Notes: generated from the letters alone by a model not told the origin. 64,000 nucleotides of DNA from a bacterium (GCA_965207065.1 OZ242260.1:352001-416000); one strand, 5' to 3'; positions 30,014 to 40,219 are shown, counted from the stretch's first letter. Program-made: numbers and translations.

Positions 30014-31465
30014 TTACATGGGTTTGTTCACTTTCGGCATCATGGCCTTGTAGAAGGGAATCTCCCTCTTGAGCTTGCGCTTGCCGATCTTGCGGACGAT
30101 CTTGGCCCACTCGTTCTGAATGTCGCCCATCACCTTCTTGGCGCCCTTCTTTCGGCCCGCGTAGGCCTCGGAGAGGTTCCGGTCGACGACTTCCTTGAAC
30201 TCCTGGTAGCCGGTCACGTACGGCGGCGGGCAGGTGACGAGGAGGTTGTCCTCGACGGACTTGATTCCCTCCTTGGAGTAGACCTTGGTCACCTGCGGGT
30301 CGGTCATGTGCTTGGGATGCCAGGGATCGTGGAAGGTGAACTTCGGATGGCCCACGACCTCTGCGCTGTTCTTGTACGTGCTCATGTACATCGCCCATGC
30401 GACGGCGTGTTTCTTGCGCGGGCTGTGCTTGTTCACGACCATGGCCATCACCGGAGCGGAGAAGGCGCGGTGGATGAGTTTGCCGGAGAACTTAGAACCC
30501 GGCACCAGGCCGTAGCGCCACTTGCCCCTGGTCTTCGTGCCCGCCGTCGGGCTCTCGATGGCCGCGATAATCCCGTCCCAGTACTGGCAGGAGAAAATCT
30601 TGCCGTTGCGGATCCGGGGGATCATCTGCGGCGAACCCCAGGCGCCCGCCTCGGGGTGGGAAACCTGCTTGCGAGCGAGCCAGGTGTCGAAGGCGTATTC
30701 GGCCGCAGGCGTGTTCAGCGTGGGGTTGGCGTCGTCGTCGAACGGGAAGCCGCCCGCGCTGTAGAGATACATCCAGTACCAGAAGCTGCTGTTCGCCTTG
30801 TCCCGCAGGCCGCCGAAGCCGTAGAGCTCCTTGTCAGGCCTGTGGAAGAACTTCATCATCTCGAGTTCATCTTCCCAGGTGACCGGCCACTTCAAGGGCT
30901 TGCCGTGCTTGTCGGCGAAGGCTTTGCGCTCGTCCGGATTGTCGAAGTAATCCTTGCGGATGAACTGCGGGCAGACGTTGCCGTCCGTGGGCATGGCGTA
31001 GGTCTTGCCCTGATACTGCATGAAGGTCTCGAAGTTGCCCACCATCTTGAGGTCGAAGCCGGCGGTCTTCATGTAGCTGTCGAGAGGCTCGAGCATTCCC
31101 GCCGCCACGAGGGAGGGAATCATCATGGATTCCACGTGAAAGATGTCGAACTTGCCCGAGCGCGTGATGGCCTCGGCCATGGCCCGCTGGGGAATCTGCA
31201 GGTTGGGAACGTCACTCACCTTGTCCATGGAGATGCCGGTGGCTTTGTTGAATTCGCGGTTCAGGTCGGGGTAGTTGCGCCAGTAGAGGCCCCACATCAT
31301 TCCGTTCAGCTTGGCGCCGCCCAGCTTCTTGCCTGCCTTGATGACGGCGTCCTCCTCGGGCCCGGCATAGGCTTTGCCTGCGCCGCCGAGAACGGCGGGA
31401 CCCGCAACGGCGGTTGCCAAGCCGGCCTTCAGGAGGCTTCTTCTTTTGATTTGCTTCTCGCTCAT
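30014..31465 (-). CDS. Tat-exported ABC substrate-binding protein (family 1)
   Basis: KRRSLLK Tat motif; YAMPTDG, PVTWED; first gene of the operon. Confidence 0.9.
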   Translation of the reverse strand: MSEKQIKRRSLLKAGLATAVAGPAVLGGAGKAYAGPEEDAVIKAGKKLGGAKLNGMMWGLYWRNYPDLNREFNKATGISMDKVSDVPNLQIPQRAMAEAITRSGKFDIFHVESMMIPSLVAAGMLEPLDSYMKTAGFDLKMVGNFETFMQYQGKTYAMPTDGNVCPQFIRKDYFDNPDERKAFADKHGKPLKWPVTWEDELEMMKFFHRPDKELYGFGGLRDKANSSFWYWMYLYSAGGFPFDDDANPTLNTPAAEYAFDTWLARKQVSHPEAGAWGSPQMIPRIRNGKIFSCQYWDGIIAAIESPTAGTKTRGKWRYGLVPGSKFSGKLIHRAFSAPVMAMVVNKHSPRKKHAVAWAMYMSTYKNSAEVVGHPKFTFHDPWHPKHMTDPQVTKVYSKEGIKSVEDNLLVTCPPPYVTGYQEFKEVVDRNLSEAYAGRKKGAKKVMGDIQNEWAKIVRKIGKRKLKREIPFYKAMMPKVNKPM

Positions 31466-31618
31466 CTGGTGCTCCTCCTTATTTCATGGGTGTTGACCGA
31501 GAGCGCAAAATAAAATCCGCGTCGTACGCTCATCAACATGATGAAGCGCCGGCCAGCGGAAAGAGTAAATCCGCCCCTCGGTCCGTATATGCAACTCATA
31601 ATGCCTAGGTAACAACGC

Positions 31619-31646
31619 ATTCTATTAAAGCGGTGATATTTGTCAA
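31619..31646 (-). promoter_or_regulatory. Putative sigma70 promoter of the ABC operon
   Basis: Minus strand TTGACA-16-TAGAAT. Confidence 0.65.
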
Positions 31647-31724
31647 CAGGCGAGACGAGGCATCTTCCTTTATTTCAGGTTCGCAAACGGCAGGGGGTTC
31701 AAGAGAGGGCGTAAACGGAGAGAA

Positions 31725-31768
31725 AACAAAAAAATCGCCCTCCCCGGCACGGTTCCGGAGAGGGCGAT
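31725..31768 (-). terminator. Intrinsic terminator after the usp gene
   Basis: ATCGCCCTC...GAGGGCGAT stem with a T-tract on the minus strand. Confidence 0.75.
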
Positions 31769-31784
31769 GCGATGCGGCTTGATT

Positions 31785-32297
31785 CTAGCTTTCAACCGAT
31801 TCCGCTTCCATTTCCGCCAGCTTCTGCAGCGCCACCTTGTCCCTCAGCAGGAACACCGGGCATGGCGCGCGCCTCAGGACCTGCTCGGAGACGCTGCCGA
31901 TCAGGAAGCGGCTCACCATGTTGTGGCCGTGCGTGCCCATGACGAGGAGGTCGAAATCCCCCGTGTCGGCGAACTGCACGATCTCCTTCACAGGCTCGCC
32001 GAAGACGACGAGGGTCTCGATGGGCACGGCCGATTCAATCTGTTTCGTCATCACATCGAGATTGCTCAGCAATTCGACGCGCGTATCCTCGAGCAGGCGG
32101 CTCGGAGAGATGGTGCCCACGAGTTCCGCGCCATAGCCGCCGTATTTGGCCGCGTAGTCGGGGTTTCTGGCCACGTGGATGGCCATGACTTCCGCGTTGC
32201 GGTTCTCCCCGATCTCCGCCGCGACCTTGAGGACACCCCTGCTGAGGTCCGAGAAATCGACGGCTGCCAGTACTTTCTTGGGATCGTATATTCGCAT
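31785..32297 (-). CDS. Universal stress protein (UspA family)
   Basis: KKVLAAVDFS, DLLVMGTHG, IGSVSEQVLRRAPCPV; GGAGG RBS. Confidence 0.95.
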   Translation of the reverse strand: MRIYDPKKVLAAVDFSDLSRGVLKVAAEIGENRNAEVMAIHVARNPDYAAKYGGYGAELVGTISPSRLLEDTRVELLSNLDVMTKQIESAVPIETLVVFGEPVKEIVQFADTGDFDLLVMGTHGHNMVSRFLIGSVSEQVLRRAPCPVFLLRDKVALQKLAEMEAESVES

Positions 32298-32466
32298 GGC
32301 GTTTCCCTCCGATATGAAAAATGCACGATGTTGCATGCACAACCAACAAAAAGCGGAACCTCTGGAGGATCTGCGCCGGCTATCTTTTGTCATCCCCCGA
32401 GAGGCCGGCGCGCTGCTTCAGGGGACTAGACTTCATCACGCCATCAACCCCCTATGATCTACTTCA

Positions 32467-32495
32467 AATATAGGCCCTCGCGGGCCATCTTTCAA
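32467..32495 (-). promoter_or_regulatory. Putative sigma70 promoter of usp
   Basis: Minus strand TTGAAA-17-TATATT. Confidence 0.55.
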
Positions 32496-32529
32496 GGGAA
32501 AATTAAACGCCCGGGCGGCTCCGCCCGCT

Positions 32530-33513
32530 TCAATCGATCTCAACCACCACGTTCCCGACGTTCGTGAAACTTTCCATGATCTCATGCGCGGCGGCGGTGT
32601 CTTCCAGCGAGAACCTCGCGCCGATGTGGTGGGTGAGCGCGCCCGCCCCGCACGCGGCGTTAATGTCCGCGCATGCCTGGGCGATGGCCGAATCCGGCAT
32701 CGTGTAGACGAACACCATGCGGATGGCCGTGTTCTCGGGCATCATCTGGTACCAGGGCAGCGCCGGCTCGGGAACCCGCGTGGAGCCGTAGGCCGCGACA
32801 GTTCCGTTTCCCTTGAGCACCTTGCGGGTGACGTCCAGGTTCTCGCCGAAATCCACTTCGCAAATCCTGTCCACGCCCGCCCCGCCGGTAATTTCCATGA
32901 TGCGCTCCGCCGCGTCTTCATCGCGGTAGTTCACCACGTGGTCCGCGCCCGCATCGCGTGCGATCTCCGTTTTTTCATCATTGCTCACGGTGGCGATGAC
33001 CTCGGCGCCCCCCCACTTGCCGAGCTGCACGCCGTAGCGTCCCACGGCGCCCGCCCCGCCGGTGACGAGCGCGGTCTGCCCCGTGATCGGCCCGTCGAGG
33101 AACAGCGCCCTGTGGGCCGTCATCGCGGGAATCGCCAGGCACGCCCCCTGGGCGAAATCCACCGAATCCGCAAGGGGCACAGCCTGACGCTCGGGCACGA
33201 CGATGAACTCGGCCGCCGTGCCGTAGGCTCTTTGCCACTGGCCGTTGAAAATCCAGACGCGCTCGCCCACGCGGGAGGCGTCCACACCCTTGCCCACGCT
33301 CTCGATGACGCCCGCGCCGTCTGAATGCGGAATAACTCTCGGCCAGCTCATCTCGCCGCGGGAACCCAGGCGCGCCTTGTAATCGGAGGGATTCGCGCCA
33401 GAGGCGTAGAGCCTCACCCGCACTTCGCCTGAGCCCGGTTCCGGCGTATCTAGTTCACCGAATTTCAGCACTTCCCTGGCCGGGCCATACGCTTCATACC
33501 AGACGGCTTTCAT
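32530..33513 (-). CDS. NADPH:quinone reductase (zeta-crystallin/MDR family)
   Basis: ASGANPSD, IPHSDGAG, TGGAGAVG. Confidence 0.93.
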   Translation of the reverse strand: MKAVWYEAYGPAREVLKFGELDTPEPGSGEVRVRLYASGANPSDYKARLGSRGEMSWPRVIPHSDGAGVIESVGKGVDASRVGERVWIFNGQWQRAYGTAAEFIVVPERQAVPLADSVDFAQGACLAIPAMTAHRALFLDGPITGQTALVTGGAGAVGRYGVQLGKWGGAEVIATVSNDEKTEIARDAGADHVVNYRDEDAAERIMEITGGAGVDRICEVDFGENLDVTRKVLKGNGTVAAYGSTRVPEPALPWYQMMPENTAIRMVFVYTMPDSAIAQACADINAACGAGALTHHIGARFSLEDTAAAHEIMESFTNVGNVVVEID

Positions 33514-33563
33514 GATCTCTCCTTAAAATGGCTCTATCGTTAGGAATCACAAACTTCATAACC

Positions 33564-33637
33564 CGTAGGGGACGCATATATGCGTCCCGGATTCAACAGC
33601 CAACCAGCAAGAAGGGACGCAGGTCTGCGTCCCCTAC
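33564..33637. repeat. GTAG REP doublet
   Basis: GTAGGGGACGCATATATGCGTCCC and inverted GGGACGCAGGTCTGCGTCCCCTAC. Confidence 0.85.
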
Positions 33638-33713
33638 AAAACCATTCAAATATTCCTCTTGCAGTGAACGTATTTTCATTTCACACGAAACGAATCCGCC
33701 GCCATGAAAGACC

Positions 33714-34832
33714 CTACGCCGCGGCGCGCTCGCGCTCTATCATCTCCTTGATTCGGGGGATCAGGTCGCGCGCGGCGCGGTGGCATTCCTCCACGTGGGG
33801 GTAGCCAGAGAGAATGAACTCGTCGATGCCCAGCCGCCAGTAGCCGAGAAGCTCTTCCGCGATCTGCGCGGGCGTTCCCACAAGTGCCGAGCCGCAGTTC
33901 ACCCGAACCTGGGAGATGCCGTTCCAAAGATGAGGCCCGACCCGGAAATCATCGAACGCGCGCGCCTGGGCGGCGGCGCCCACCATGCTCGTGCCGGCCA
34001 CCAGCGCGCCGCGCTGGGCTTTTACGGAATCATCCGCCCGGCTCAAAAGCTCGCGCGTCTCCTCCCATGCTTCGTCCTCGGTGTCGCGCATCACCAGATG
34101 GGAGCGCACACCAAAGACGGGCGTTCGCCCCGCCTCGGCGAAAGAAGCCCGGGCGCGCTCCAGGTGCTTTCTGGTCTCCTCCACCGGCCCTATCCAGCCC
34201 AGATATACGTCCGACTGCGTTCCCGCAAGCTTGAGCGCGGCGGGCGATGCGCCGCCGAGATAGAACTTTGGCGTCTCTCCCGCCGGGCCGGGCGAGCAGT
34301 GCACGCCGTTTAGCTTCACGAAATCCCCGTCGAAGCTGACAGGCTCAGGCCGCTCCCAGAGTTTTCGGATAGCGGCGATAAATTCTTCTGCGCGCTCGTA
34401 GCGCGTATCGTGGTCGATGCGCTCGCCCATTTTTTCGAACTCGCCCTTGATGCCGCCGGGCACGACGTTCAGATCCACGCGCCCGCCCGTAATCTGGCTG
34501 AGCGTGGCCGCCATCTGGGCGAAGAGGCCCGGGTTCACGAACCCCGGACGCACGGCGATCAGGAAGCGGATTTTTTCGCTTCGCGCGGCAAGGGCCGTCA
34601 CCATCGTCCAGGTCTCCGCCAGCGGCGCTCCCTGGTCGAAAAGCCCGTTGGCGAAGCGCGTGGGAATGAGCATGGAGTAGAAATCGTTCTCCTCCGCCGC
34701 CTTCACCACTTGGCTCAGGTATTCATACGTGGGCGGACGCTCGGCCCGCGTCGTGCCGATGTGCTCGCCGTCGCCGTCAATCGGGATGAACCAGTCGAAG
34801 CGCGGCTCCGGGCGTTCGTGATTGTTCGCCAT
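33714..34832 (-). CDS. LLM monooxygenase, alkanesulfonate monooxygenase SsuD-like
   Basis: WFIP..GDG, FLIAVRPG, HDTRYERAEEF, ALVGTP, FILSGYPHVEE. Confidence 0.9.
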   Translation of the reverse strand: MANNHERPEPRFDWFIPIDGDGEHIGTTRAERPPTYEYLSQVVKAAEENDFYSMLIPTRFANGLFDQGAPLAETWTMVTALAARSEKIRFLIAVRPGFVNPGLFAQMAATLSQITGGRVDLNVVPGGIKGEFEKMGERIDHDTRYERAEEFIAAIRKLWERPEPVSFDGDFVKLNGVHCSPGPAGETPKFYLGGASPAALKLAGTQSDVYLGWIGPVEETRKHLERARASFAEAGRTPVFGVRSHLVMRDTEDEAWEETRELLSRADDSVKAQRGALVAGTSMVGAAAQARAFDDFRVGPHLWNGISQVRVNCGSALVGTPAQIAEELLGYWRLGIDEFILSGYPHVEECHRAARDLIPRIKEMIERERAAA

Positions 34833-34956
34833 GCGGAATTCCCCCCTACGTTTTCAGTATGAAATTCCGGCGATTCTAGTACAGATGTGGGGGAGGCGGA
34901 AAGGCGGGGGTGCTCCGCAGTTCCAATCGCTTCCGAACCTGCAATTCCTTCACACA

Positions 34957-34983
34957 GTAGGGTGGTTCGCGAACCGCCCCTAC
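34957..34983. repeat. GTAG REP palindrome
   Basis: GTAGGGTGGTTCGCGAACCGCCCCTAC, same family as the copy at 19133. Confidence 0.85.
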
Positions 34984-35040
34984 CAAAGGGGGATATCCAT
35001 AAAGAACGGGGAATGAGGAAAGACTGCTTTTGATGCCCTT

Positions 35041-35069
35041 TTGACTTTTCGGTCCAAAATTACTAGTCT
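35041..35069 (+). promoter_or_regulatory. Sigma70-type promoter
   Basis: TTGACT-17-TAGTCT, the same hexamers as the thiC promoter. Confidence 0.65.
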
Positions 35070-35119
35070 CTGTGTAGAGGACCCGTACTCTTTCTTACTC
35101 ACCAGAGGCGGGCGAGACC

Positions 35120-35602
35120 ATGCAAAAAATCTTCGATCATTTTAAAACCAACGCCGGCGTATGGACGTTTGGACTGTTCATGGCCGCGGTGGCGGGCGGT
35201 ATCTATCAATTCACGGTATTCATGGTCAGCGCCCAGGTCACGCCCGTCAAGGAGCGCGTTGACGCGGAAGTCAAGAGGCTCGACGCGGCGGACGGGAACA
35301 CGAACGTCTCAATCGCAGGCTTCGAGAAGTACATGGATGTGCGTTTCGATGGGTTGAAGAAAGACATACGGCGCAACGGAGAAAGAATAAGCCGCCTGGA
35401 CGAGAAAGTAGGTCGTCTGGACGAGAAACTCGACAGGAAAATCACCCTGCTGAATCAGAAGATAGACAAGCAAATAGAACTGCTGGACCATAAAATCGAG
35501 AAGAAATTCGACCAGTTGGATCAGAAAATAAGCCGCCTGGATGAAAAAATGGACAAGAAATTCGAACTCATTCTGCTGAGGCTGCCACCGCTCAAAAAAT
35601 AG
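35120..35602 (+). CDS. Membrane-anchored coiled-coil repeat protein
   Basis: One N-terminal TM followed by LDEK/LDRK/LNQK/LDHK/LDQK repeats. Confidence 0.8.
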   Translation: MQKIFDHFKTNAGVWTFGLFMAAVAGGIYQFTVFMVSAQVTPVKERVDAEVKRLDAADGNTNVSIAGFEKYMDVRFDGLKKDIRRNGERISRLDEKVGRLDEKLDRKITLLNQKIDKQIELLDHKIEKKFDQLDQKISRLDEKMDKKFELILLRLPPLKK

Positions 35603-35670
35603 TTTTCAGGATTCGATCAATGAGCACGTAAGACTAATGTGCGCTTACCTTCGAGTTTATTAGCTCTCCC

Positions 35671-36279
35671 TCAAACCAGGGTTTCGCTGAGCGATACGAG
35701 TTCATCCAGCGCGTCCCTCGCGAAGCGGCTCTGGAAGACGGCCTCGGCACCCGGTCCCAGATAGACGGCGCACAACGCGCCCCGCTCGCAGAGAATGATG
35801 GTGCTGAGAGGCCGCAAAACAATCGAGCCAACAGTTTCGTGCACGTCGGGCCGGTTGATCCAGCGCCTGAACGAGGCTTCTGAGTCCGCCGCCAGAGTGA
35901 GTTCCGAATCCCAAAGCGGATCGCCCGAGTAGAAGGTCTGATGATTCGGACTGGCGATTTCATTCTCCAGATAAGCGCGCTCGGGCGACTGCAGGCTCTC
36001 TTCTTTCTTGTGGATTCTGAACGAATGGGAAGCCGTGAAGGCGATCCCGACCCGCATTATGGCGGGGTTCCCGCCGCTTTGCGCGCGATACTCGAACCAG
36101 GCGCGCTTGCCCGAATATCCACCGCTCAGGCGACCTCTTTCGAGGCGGCTCCCCGCATCCAGAATTTCGACCAGCGGCTTCATGCGGCGGGTCAGCCAGA
36201 CGTCGCGGAAGAAAACGCAGTAGACGACCACGCCGAGAACCACCGCCAGAGCAAGCAGGCTCACGCCGTCGATCAGCAT
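35671..36279 (-). CDS. Hypothetical protein with N-terminal TM
   Basis: Start overlaps the stop of the VOC gene. Confidence 0.65.
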   Translation of the reverse strand: MLIDGVSLLALAVVLGVVVYCVFFRDVWLTRRMKPLVEILDAGSRLERGRLSGGYSGKRAWFEYRAQSGGNPAIMRVGIAFTASHSFRIHKKEESLQSPERAYLENEIASPNHQTFYSGDPLWDSELTLAADSEASFRRWINRPDVHETVGSIVLRPLSTIILCERGALCAVYLGPGAEAVFQSRFARDALDELVSLSETLV

Positions 36280-36776
36280 TCACTTTTCCCAGCATCCCGC
36301 CAGGCGGGGCGGCTGCCGGGGAACATGTCCGAATCGTGAAACACCTCGATGCGGTTGCCGTCCGGATCCAGGAAATAGATGCCCTCGTGCCCGCCCCAAA
36401 GGCCGTTGCTCTCATCCAAGCGCAAGGGTCCCCAGACGACCTCGATGTCAGGGCGCGAGCGGATGTAGGCCACCGCGTCGTCGAACGCTTGCTGATCCGC
36501 CACCTCGAACGCCAGGTGGTGCAATCCTGTGTCGTGGCGCGGCACGGTGTCCTCGCCCTCCTCATCCACCCAGTCCTCGGGCACGCTGAATATCGCCAGT
36601 TGATGGTGGTAGTCGTCCAGATACATGAACGCCGAGCCGAACGGAGCCGCCGGGTGGCTGCCCGCCTCGTGGCGCGAGCGCAGCTTGAAGCCCAGGACTT
36701 CGGAGTAGAATTTTACGGCGCGCTCCAGGTCGCGCACCTTTATCCCCATGTGCTGCAGGCGGATGGAGCGAATCAT
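36273..36776 (-). CDS. VOC/glyoxalase family protein
   Basis: LQHMGIKVRDL, GLHHLAFEV, YFLDPDGNRIEV. Confidence 0.93.
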   Translation of the reverse strand: MIRSIRLQHMGIKVRDLERAVKFYSEVLGFKLRSRHEAGSHPAAPFGSAFMYLDDYHHQLAIFSVPEDWVDEEGEDTVPRHDTGLHHLAFEVADQQAFDDAVAYIRSRPDIEVVWGPLRLDESNGLWGGHEGIYFLDPDGNRIEVFHDSDMFPGSRPAWRDAGKSEC

Positions 36777-36830
36777 CAAAAGCCTCCCGAGAGAATGACC
36801 CGATAAACGATAGCGGCGCAGGATTCGGTT

Positions 36831-38151
36831 CGAGAATACGCCGTTTGCCCCTGAAAGTCATGGCTTTGTGCGCGTTGTGCAGGGCAGGTTCGTCACCGGA
36901 GCGCTTCAACACCCGCCATCGACTTGACGGAGCATGACGAGGCAGGATAAGGCTCGAGAACATCAACGCGCCAACCTCACCCTTTTACCGGACTCAAGCC
37001 GTGAGGAGATACTACTTATGCAGATCGGCCTCCGTAGCGGACCCCAGAACGAATTCACGCCGATCCCGGAATATCTGAAATTCGTGCAACGCGCAGAAGC
37101 GCTCGGCTTCGATCCGCTGCTGTTCTCCGACACGGTTTCCCTGTCGCACTTCCACCTGCGTGATCCCTTCGTCGTCATGGCGCTTGCCGCCGGGGCAACC
37201 GAGCGCGCCGGGATTGGAACCGGTGTGACCGTCCCCTTCATCCGGCATCCGGCGGTCGTCGCCAATGCGTTCGGGTCGATCGATGACGCGATCGCCCCGC
37301 GGCGTACTTTTCTCGGGATCGGCTCCGGCGATACGGCGGTATACCTGCTCGGCAAGCGCGCCGCTCGTCTGGCGGAAATGCGGGAATACCTCTCCGTAAT
37401 TCGGGGGTTGCTGGGCGGCGAGACCGTAACCTACGAGGGTGCGCGAATGCGGTCCAACTGGCGGAAGCCGCATGTGCCGATCTGCCTCGCCGCCGACGGT
37501 CCGAAGATGCTGTCCATCGCCGGCGAATTGGCCGATGCGGTCATTCTCGGCGCGGGCGCGACGCCTGAGGTAATCGAGTGGGCGCGGGGCTGCATTGCGG
37601 AGGGTGAGGCGACCGCCGGCCGCGAACCCGGTCACCTGCCGATCTGGTTCGATTTCATCGTCAGCGTCGGCGAAGACCGCGACGCGGTTCGCCGGTCGAT
37701 TCGGGCGCGCCTGTGCAACCGTGCCAATCATAATTTTCGCATGGGCATTCATGCGGTGCCGGAAGAGCACCTGCCGGACGTACAGGCCTTTCGTGAGAAG
37801 TATGACGAGAGCGATGTAGGCCACAAGACAAAAAACGCAAGCCTGATTACCGATTACATGGTGGACCGTTTCGCTGTCGTCGGCACGCCGGATGACGTCG
37901 TCGCCCGCTTCGAAACGCTACAGGAGATAGGCGTGGAGAAGGTCATCGTGGCCATGCCTTTCCGGCTGGAAGAACGCTACGAAATTATCGAAACCCTGGC
38001 CCGTGAAGTCATGCCCCGCTTCGCGAAAACAGGCGCATAAGACCGCAGCGCAAGAAAATGAAAACAGAATAAATTAACCGGCGTCAAACTCCCTGCAAGA
38101 CTGCGTCGCCCGAACGAGAATAAGCCGTTCGCCCCTGAGAGTCATGGCTTT
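36831..38151. repeat. 37-bp direct repeat (36831-36867 and 38115-38151) flanking an LLM gene
   Basis: CGAGAATAcGCCGTTtGCCCCTGAaAGTCATGGCTTT vs CGAGAATAaGCCGTTcGCCCCTGAgAGTCATGGCTTT, 34/37 identical. Confidence 0.85.
37018..38040 (+). CDS. LLM oxidoreductase, Mer-like (possibly F420-dependent)
   Basis: AEALGFD, GTGVTVPFIRHP, LGIGSGD, AADGPKML..AGELAD. Confidence 0.88.
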   Translation: MQIGLRSGPQNEFTPIPEYLKFVQRAEALGFDPLLFSDTVSLSHFHLRDPFVVMALAAGATERAGIGTGVTVPFIRHPAVVANAFGSIDDAIAPRRTFLGIGSGDTAVYLLGKRAARLAEMREYLSVIRGLLGGETVTYEGARMRSNWRKPHVPICLAADGPKMLSIAGELADAVILGAGATPEVIEWARGCIAEGEATAGREPGHLPIWFDFIVSVGEDRDAVRRSIRARLCNRANHNFRMGIHAVPEEHLPDVQAFREKYDESDVGHKTKNASLITDYMVDRFAVVGTPDDVVARFETLQEIGVEKVIVAMPFRLEERYEIIETLAREVMPRFAKTGA

Positions 38152-38274
38152 TGGCGGCCATCTCAACGCCCGATCCCCCCGCCGCTCTTGCCGATATCCG
38201 CCAAGTGGAGTATTCCATGAGGGCACAAGAAACCATATCGGTCGATTCCTGAAAAATCGTCTGTTTTTCCTTGA

Positions 38275-39075
38275 ATGGAGGTCTTCGCCTTGGGCATCAT
38301 CACGAACGAGACGAAAAGAAAATCCTACGCCGGAGAGGTCACCCTGGGCGCGGGCGTGCGCATGGCGCGAACGGTGGAGGTCGGCCTCGCCATGAAGGCG
38401 GCCGGCTTCGACTGGCTGTTCATCGACCTCGAGCACGGACCCTTCGACCTCGAAACCGCGCAGCAGATATCCATCGCCGCCCTGACTCAAGGGGTCACGC
38501 CGCTCGTGCGCGTAGCGTCGCTCGACGGACACTTGAGCACGCGCATTCTGGACAGCGGCGCGCAGGGCATCGTCCTGCCGCATGTGAACAACGCGCAGGA
38601 AGCTGAGGAATTCGTGAAAATCTGCAAGTTCCCGCCCGAGGGCGGACGCAGCGCGGGCGGGGGGCTGGCCCACGGCCGCTTCGAGGCTATCGGCGCAACC
38701 GAGATGCTGAGCGGCATCAACGACGAGACGCTCCTTGTCGCCATGATCGAGACGCCCGAAGCAGGCGATGAGGCGGACGCCATCGCCGCAGTGGATGGCA
38801 TCGACGTGCTGCTCATCGGCACGAACGATTTGAGCACGGGGATGGGCATCGTCGGCCAGCACGACCACCCCCGCGTCAACAAGGTATATGACCAGGTGAA
38901 CGCGGCATGTAAAAAGCACGGCAAGATAGCCGGCATGGGTGGGTCCTACGATCCCCAGATGATAGAGCGCAGGATCAAGGAGGGGATGCGCTTCATCCTC
39001 TCGGGTAGCGACCTCAACTTCATGATCGCAGGAGCCAAGACCCAGGCGGGCATGATTCGCGAACTCGCAGGCTGA
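38275..39075 (+). CDS. HpcH/HpaI aldolase family protein
   Basis: GFDWLFIDLEHG, MIETPE, IGTNDLS; true start may be TTG 38290. Confidence 0.92.
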   Translation: MEVFALGIITNETKRKSYAGEVTLGAGVRMARTVEVGLAMKAAGFDWLFIDLEHGPFDLETAQQISIAALTQGVTPLVRVASLDGHLSTRILDSGAQGIVLPHVNNAQEAEEFVKICKFPPEGGRSAGGGLAHGRFEAIGATEMLSGINDETLLVAMIETPEAGDEADAIAAVDGIDVLLIGTNDLSTGMGIVGQHDHPRVNKVYDQVNAACKKHGKIAGMGGSYDPQMIERRIKEGMRFILSGSDLNFMIAGAKTQAGMIRELAG

Positions 39076-39138
39076 GGTTTTTCTCTAAAAATCGGATTCA
39101 ATTTTCCATCTATGCTTACGTGAAACTTAGGAGAGAAA

Positions 39139-39981
39139 ATGAAACTTCTGACCTATGAATCAGACACTGGCCCCCGCGTGGCCGTATTGACGGAAAACGG
39201 CGTGGAAGACGTCGTCCCCCATACGGGCGACGCAGCGGAAGTCATCGCCCGGGGCGGAACGCCCGAGACCAACGGGCAGCCAGTGGCGCTCGAATCCATT
39301 ACGATGCTTCCGCCGATAGCGAAACTCGCGCGGCCCGTCCTCGCCGTGGGCCTCAACTACAAGAAACACGCCGATGAGGGCGCGCGCAAATATGGACGCC
39401 CGGTGGGCGTCTACCCTGAGATTCCGGTGTTCTTCTGCAAGTGGTCGGGTTCGCACAACGGGCCGGACGGGGAAATCATCCTCCACGATAACGTGAACGA
39501 ACTCGATTATGAGTGCGAACTCGTCATCGTGATCGGCAAGGAGGGGATCAACATCCCGCTCGATGAGGCGATGGATCACGTATACGGCTACACCATCATG
39601 AACGAGGTCTCGGCCCGCGACGTGCAGCGCGCCCACAACCAGTGGTTCAAGGGCAAGGCGCTCGACAGCTTCGGCCCGCTGGGCCCCTGGATCGTCACCA
39701 GGGACGAGGCGGGCGACGGGAACAATCTGGCCGTAATCTCGCGCGTGAACGGCGGGATAAGGCAGAACTCGAACACGAACGACATGATCTTCGATATCGC
39801 CACCGTCGTCTCGGTGCTCTCGGAGAGCATGACGCTCGTGCCCGGCGACATGATCGCCACCGGCACGCCCGAGGGCGTGGGCTTCGCCATGGACCCCCCG
39901 GGACTTCTGAACGTGGGCGACGTGGTGGAGTGCGAGGTCGAGAACATCGGCGTGCTCAGGAGCACCGTCGTCGCGCCGTAA
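39139..39981 (+). CDS. Fumarylacetoacetate hydrolase family protein
   Basis: VGLNY, DYECEL, SARDVQ, KGKALD, IATGTPEGVG. Confidence 0.93.
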   Translation: MKLLTYESDTGPRVAVLTENGVEDVVPHTGDAAEVIARGGTPETNGQPVALESITMLPPIAKLARPVLAVGLNYKKHADEGARKYGRPVGVYPEIPVFFCKWSGSHNGPDGEIILHDNVNELDYECELVIVIGKEGINIPLDEAMDHVYGYTIMNEVSARDVQRAHNQWFKGKALDSFGPLGPWIVTRDEAGDGNNLAVISRVNGGIRQNSNTNDMIFDIATVVSVLSESMTLVPGDMIATGTPEGVGFAMDPPGLLNVGDVVECEVENIGVLRSTVVAP

Positions 39982-40043
39982 GGGAATATTGATAGAGTCC
40001 CGAGTTCGTGATTCGGCGAATAGAGGTGACCGGAGAGTGGGGA

Positions 40044-40121
40044 CGTAGAGACAACCCCCTGTGGTTGTCCCTACAAACCCTCTTTTTACAGGGATCCCAT
40101 ACGGGCTTTTTCAACAATCCC
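40044..40121. repeat. GTAG REP plus solo MITE-type end
   Basis: GTAGAGACAACC..GGTTGTCCCTAC, then GGGCTTTTTCAACAATCCC. Confidence 0.75.
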
Positions 40122-40219
40122 CTAAGGCTGTGAAGCAGACGGGCTGACCGGCGTCTTCCAGTACGAGAACGTGAGAGCGTCCTTGACGCCCTGCGGAACC
40201 TCTCCCGGCGGATAGGGCC

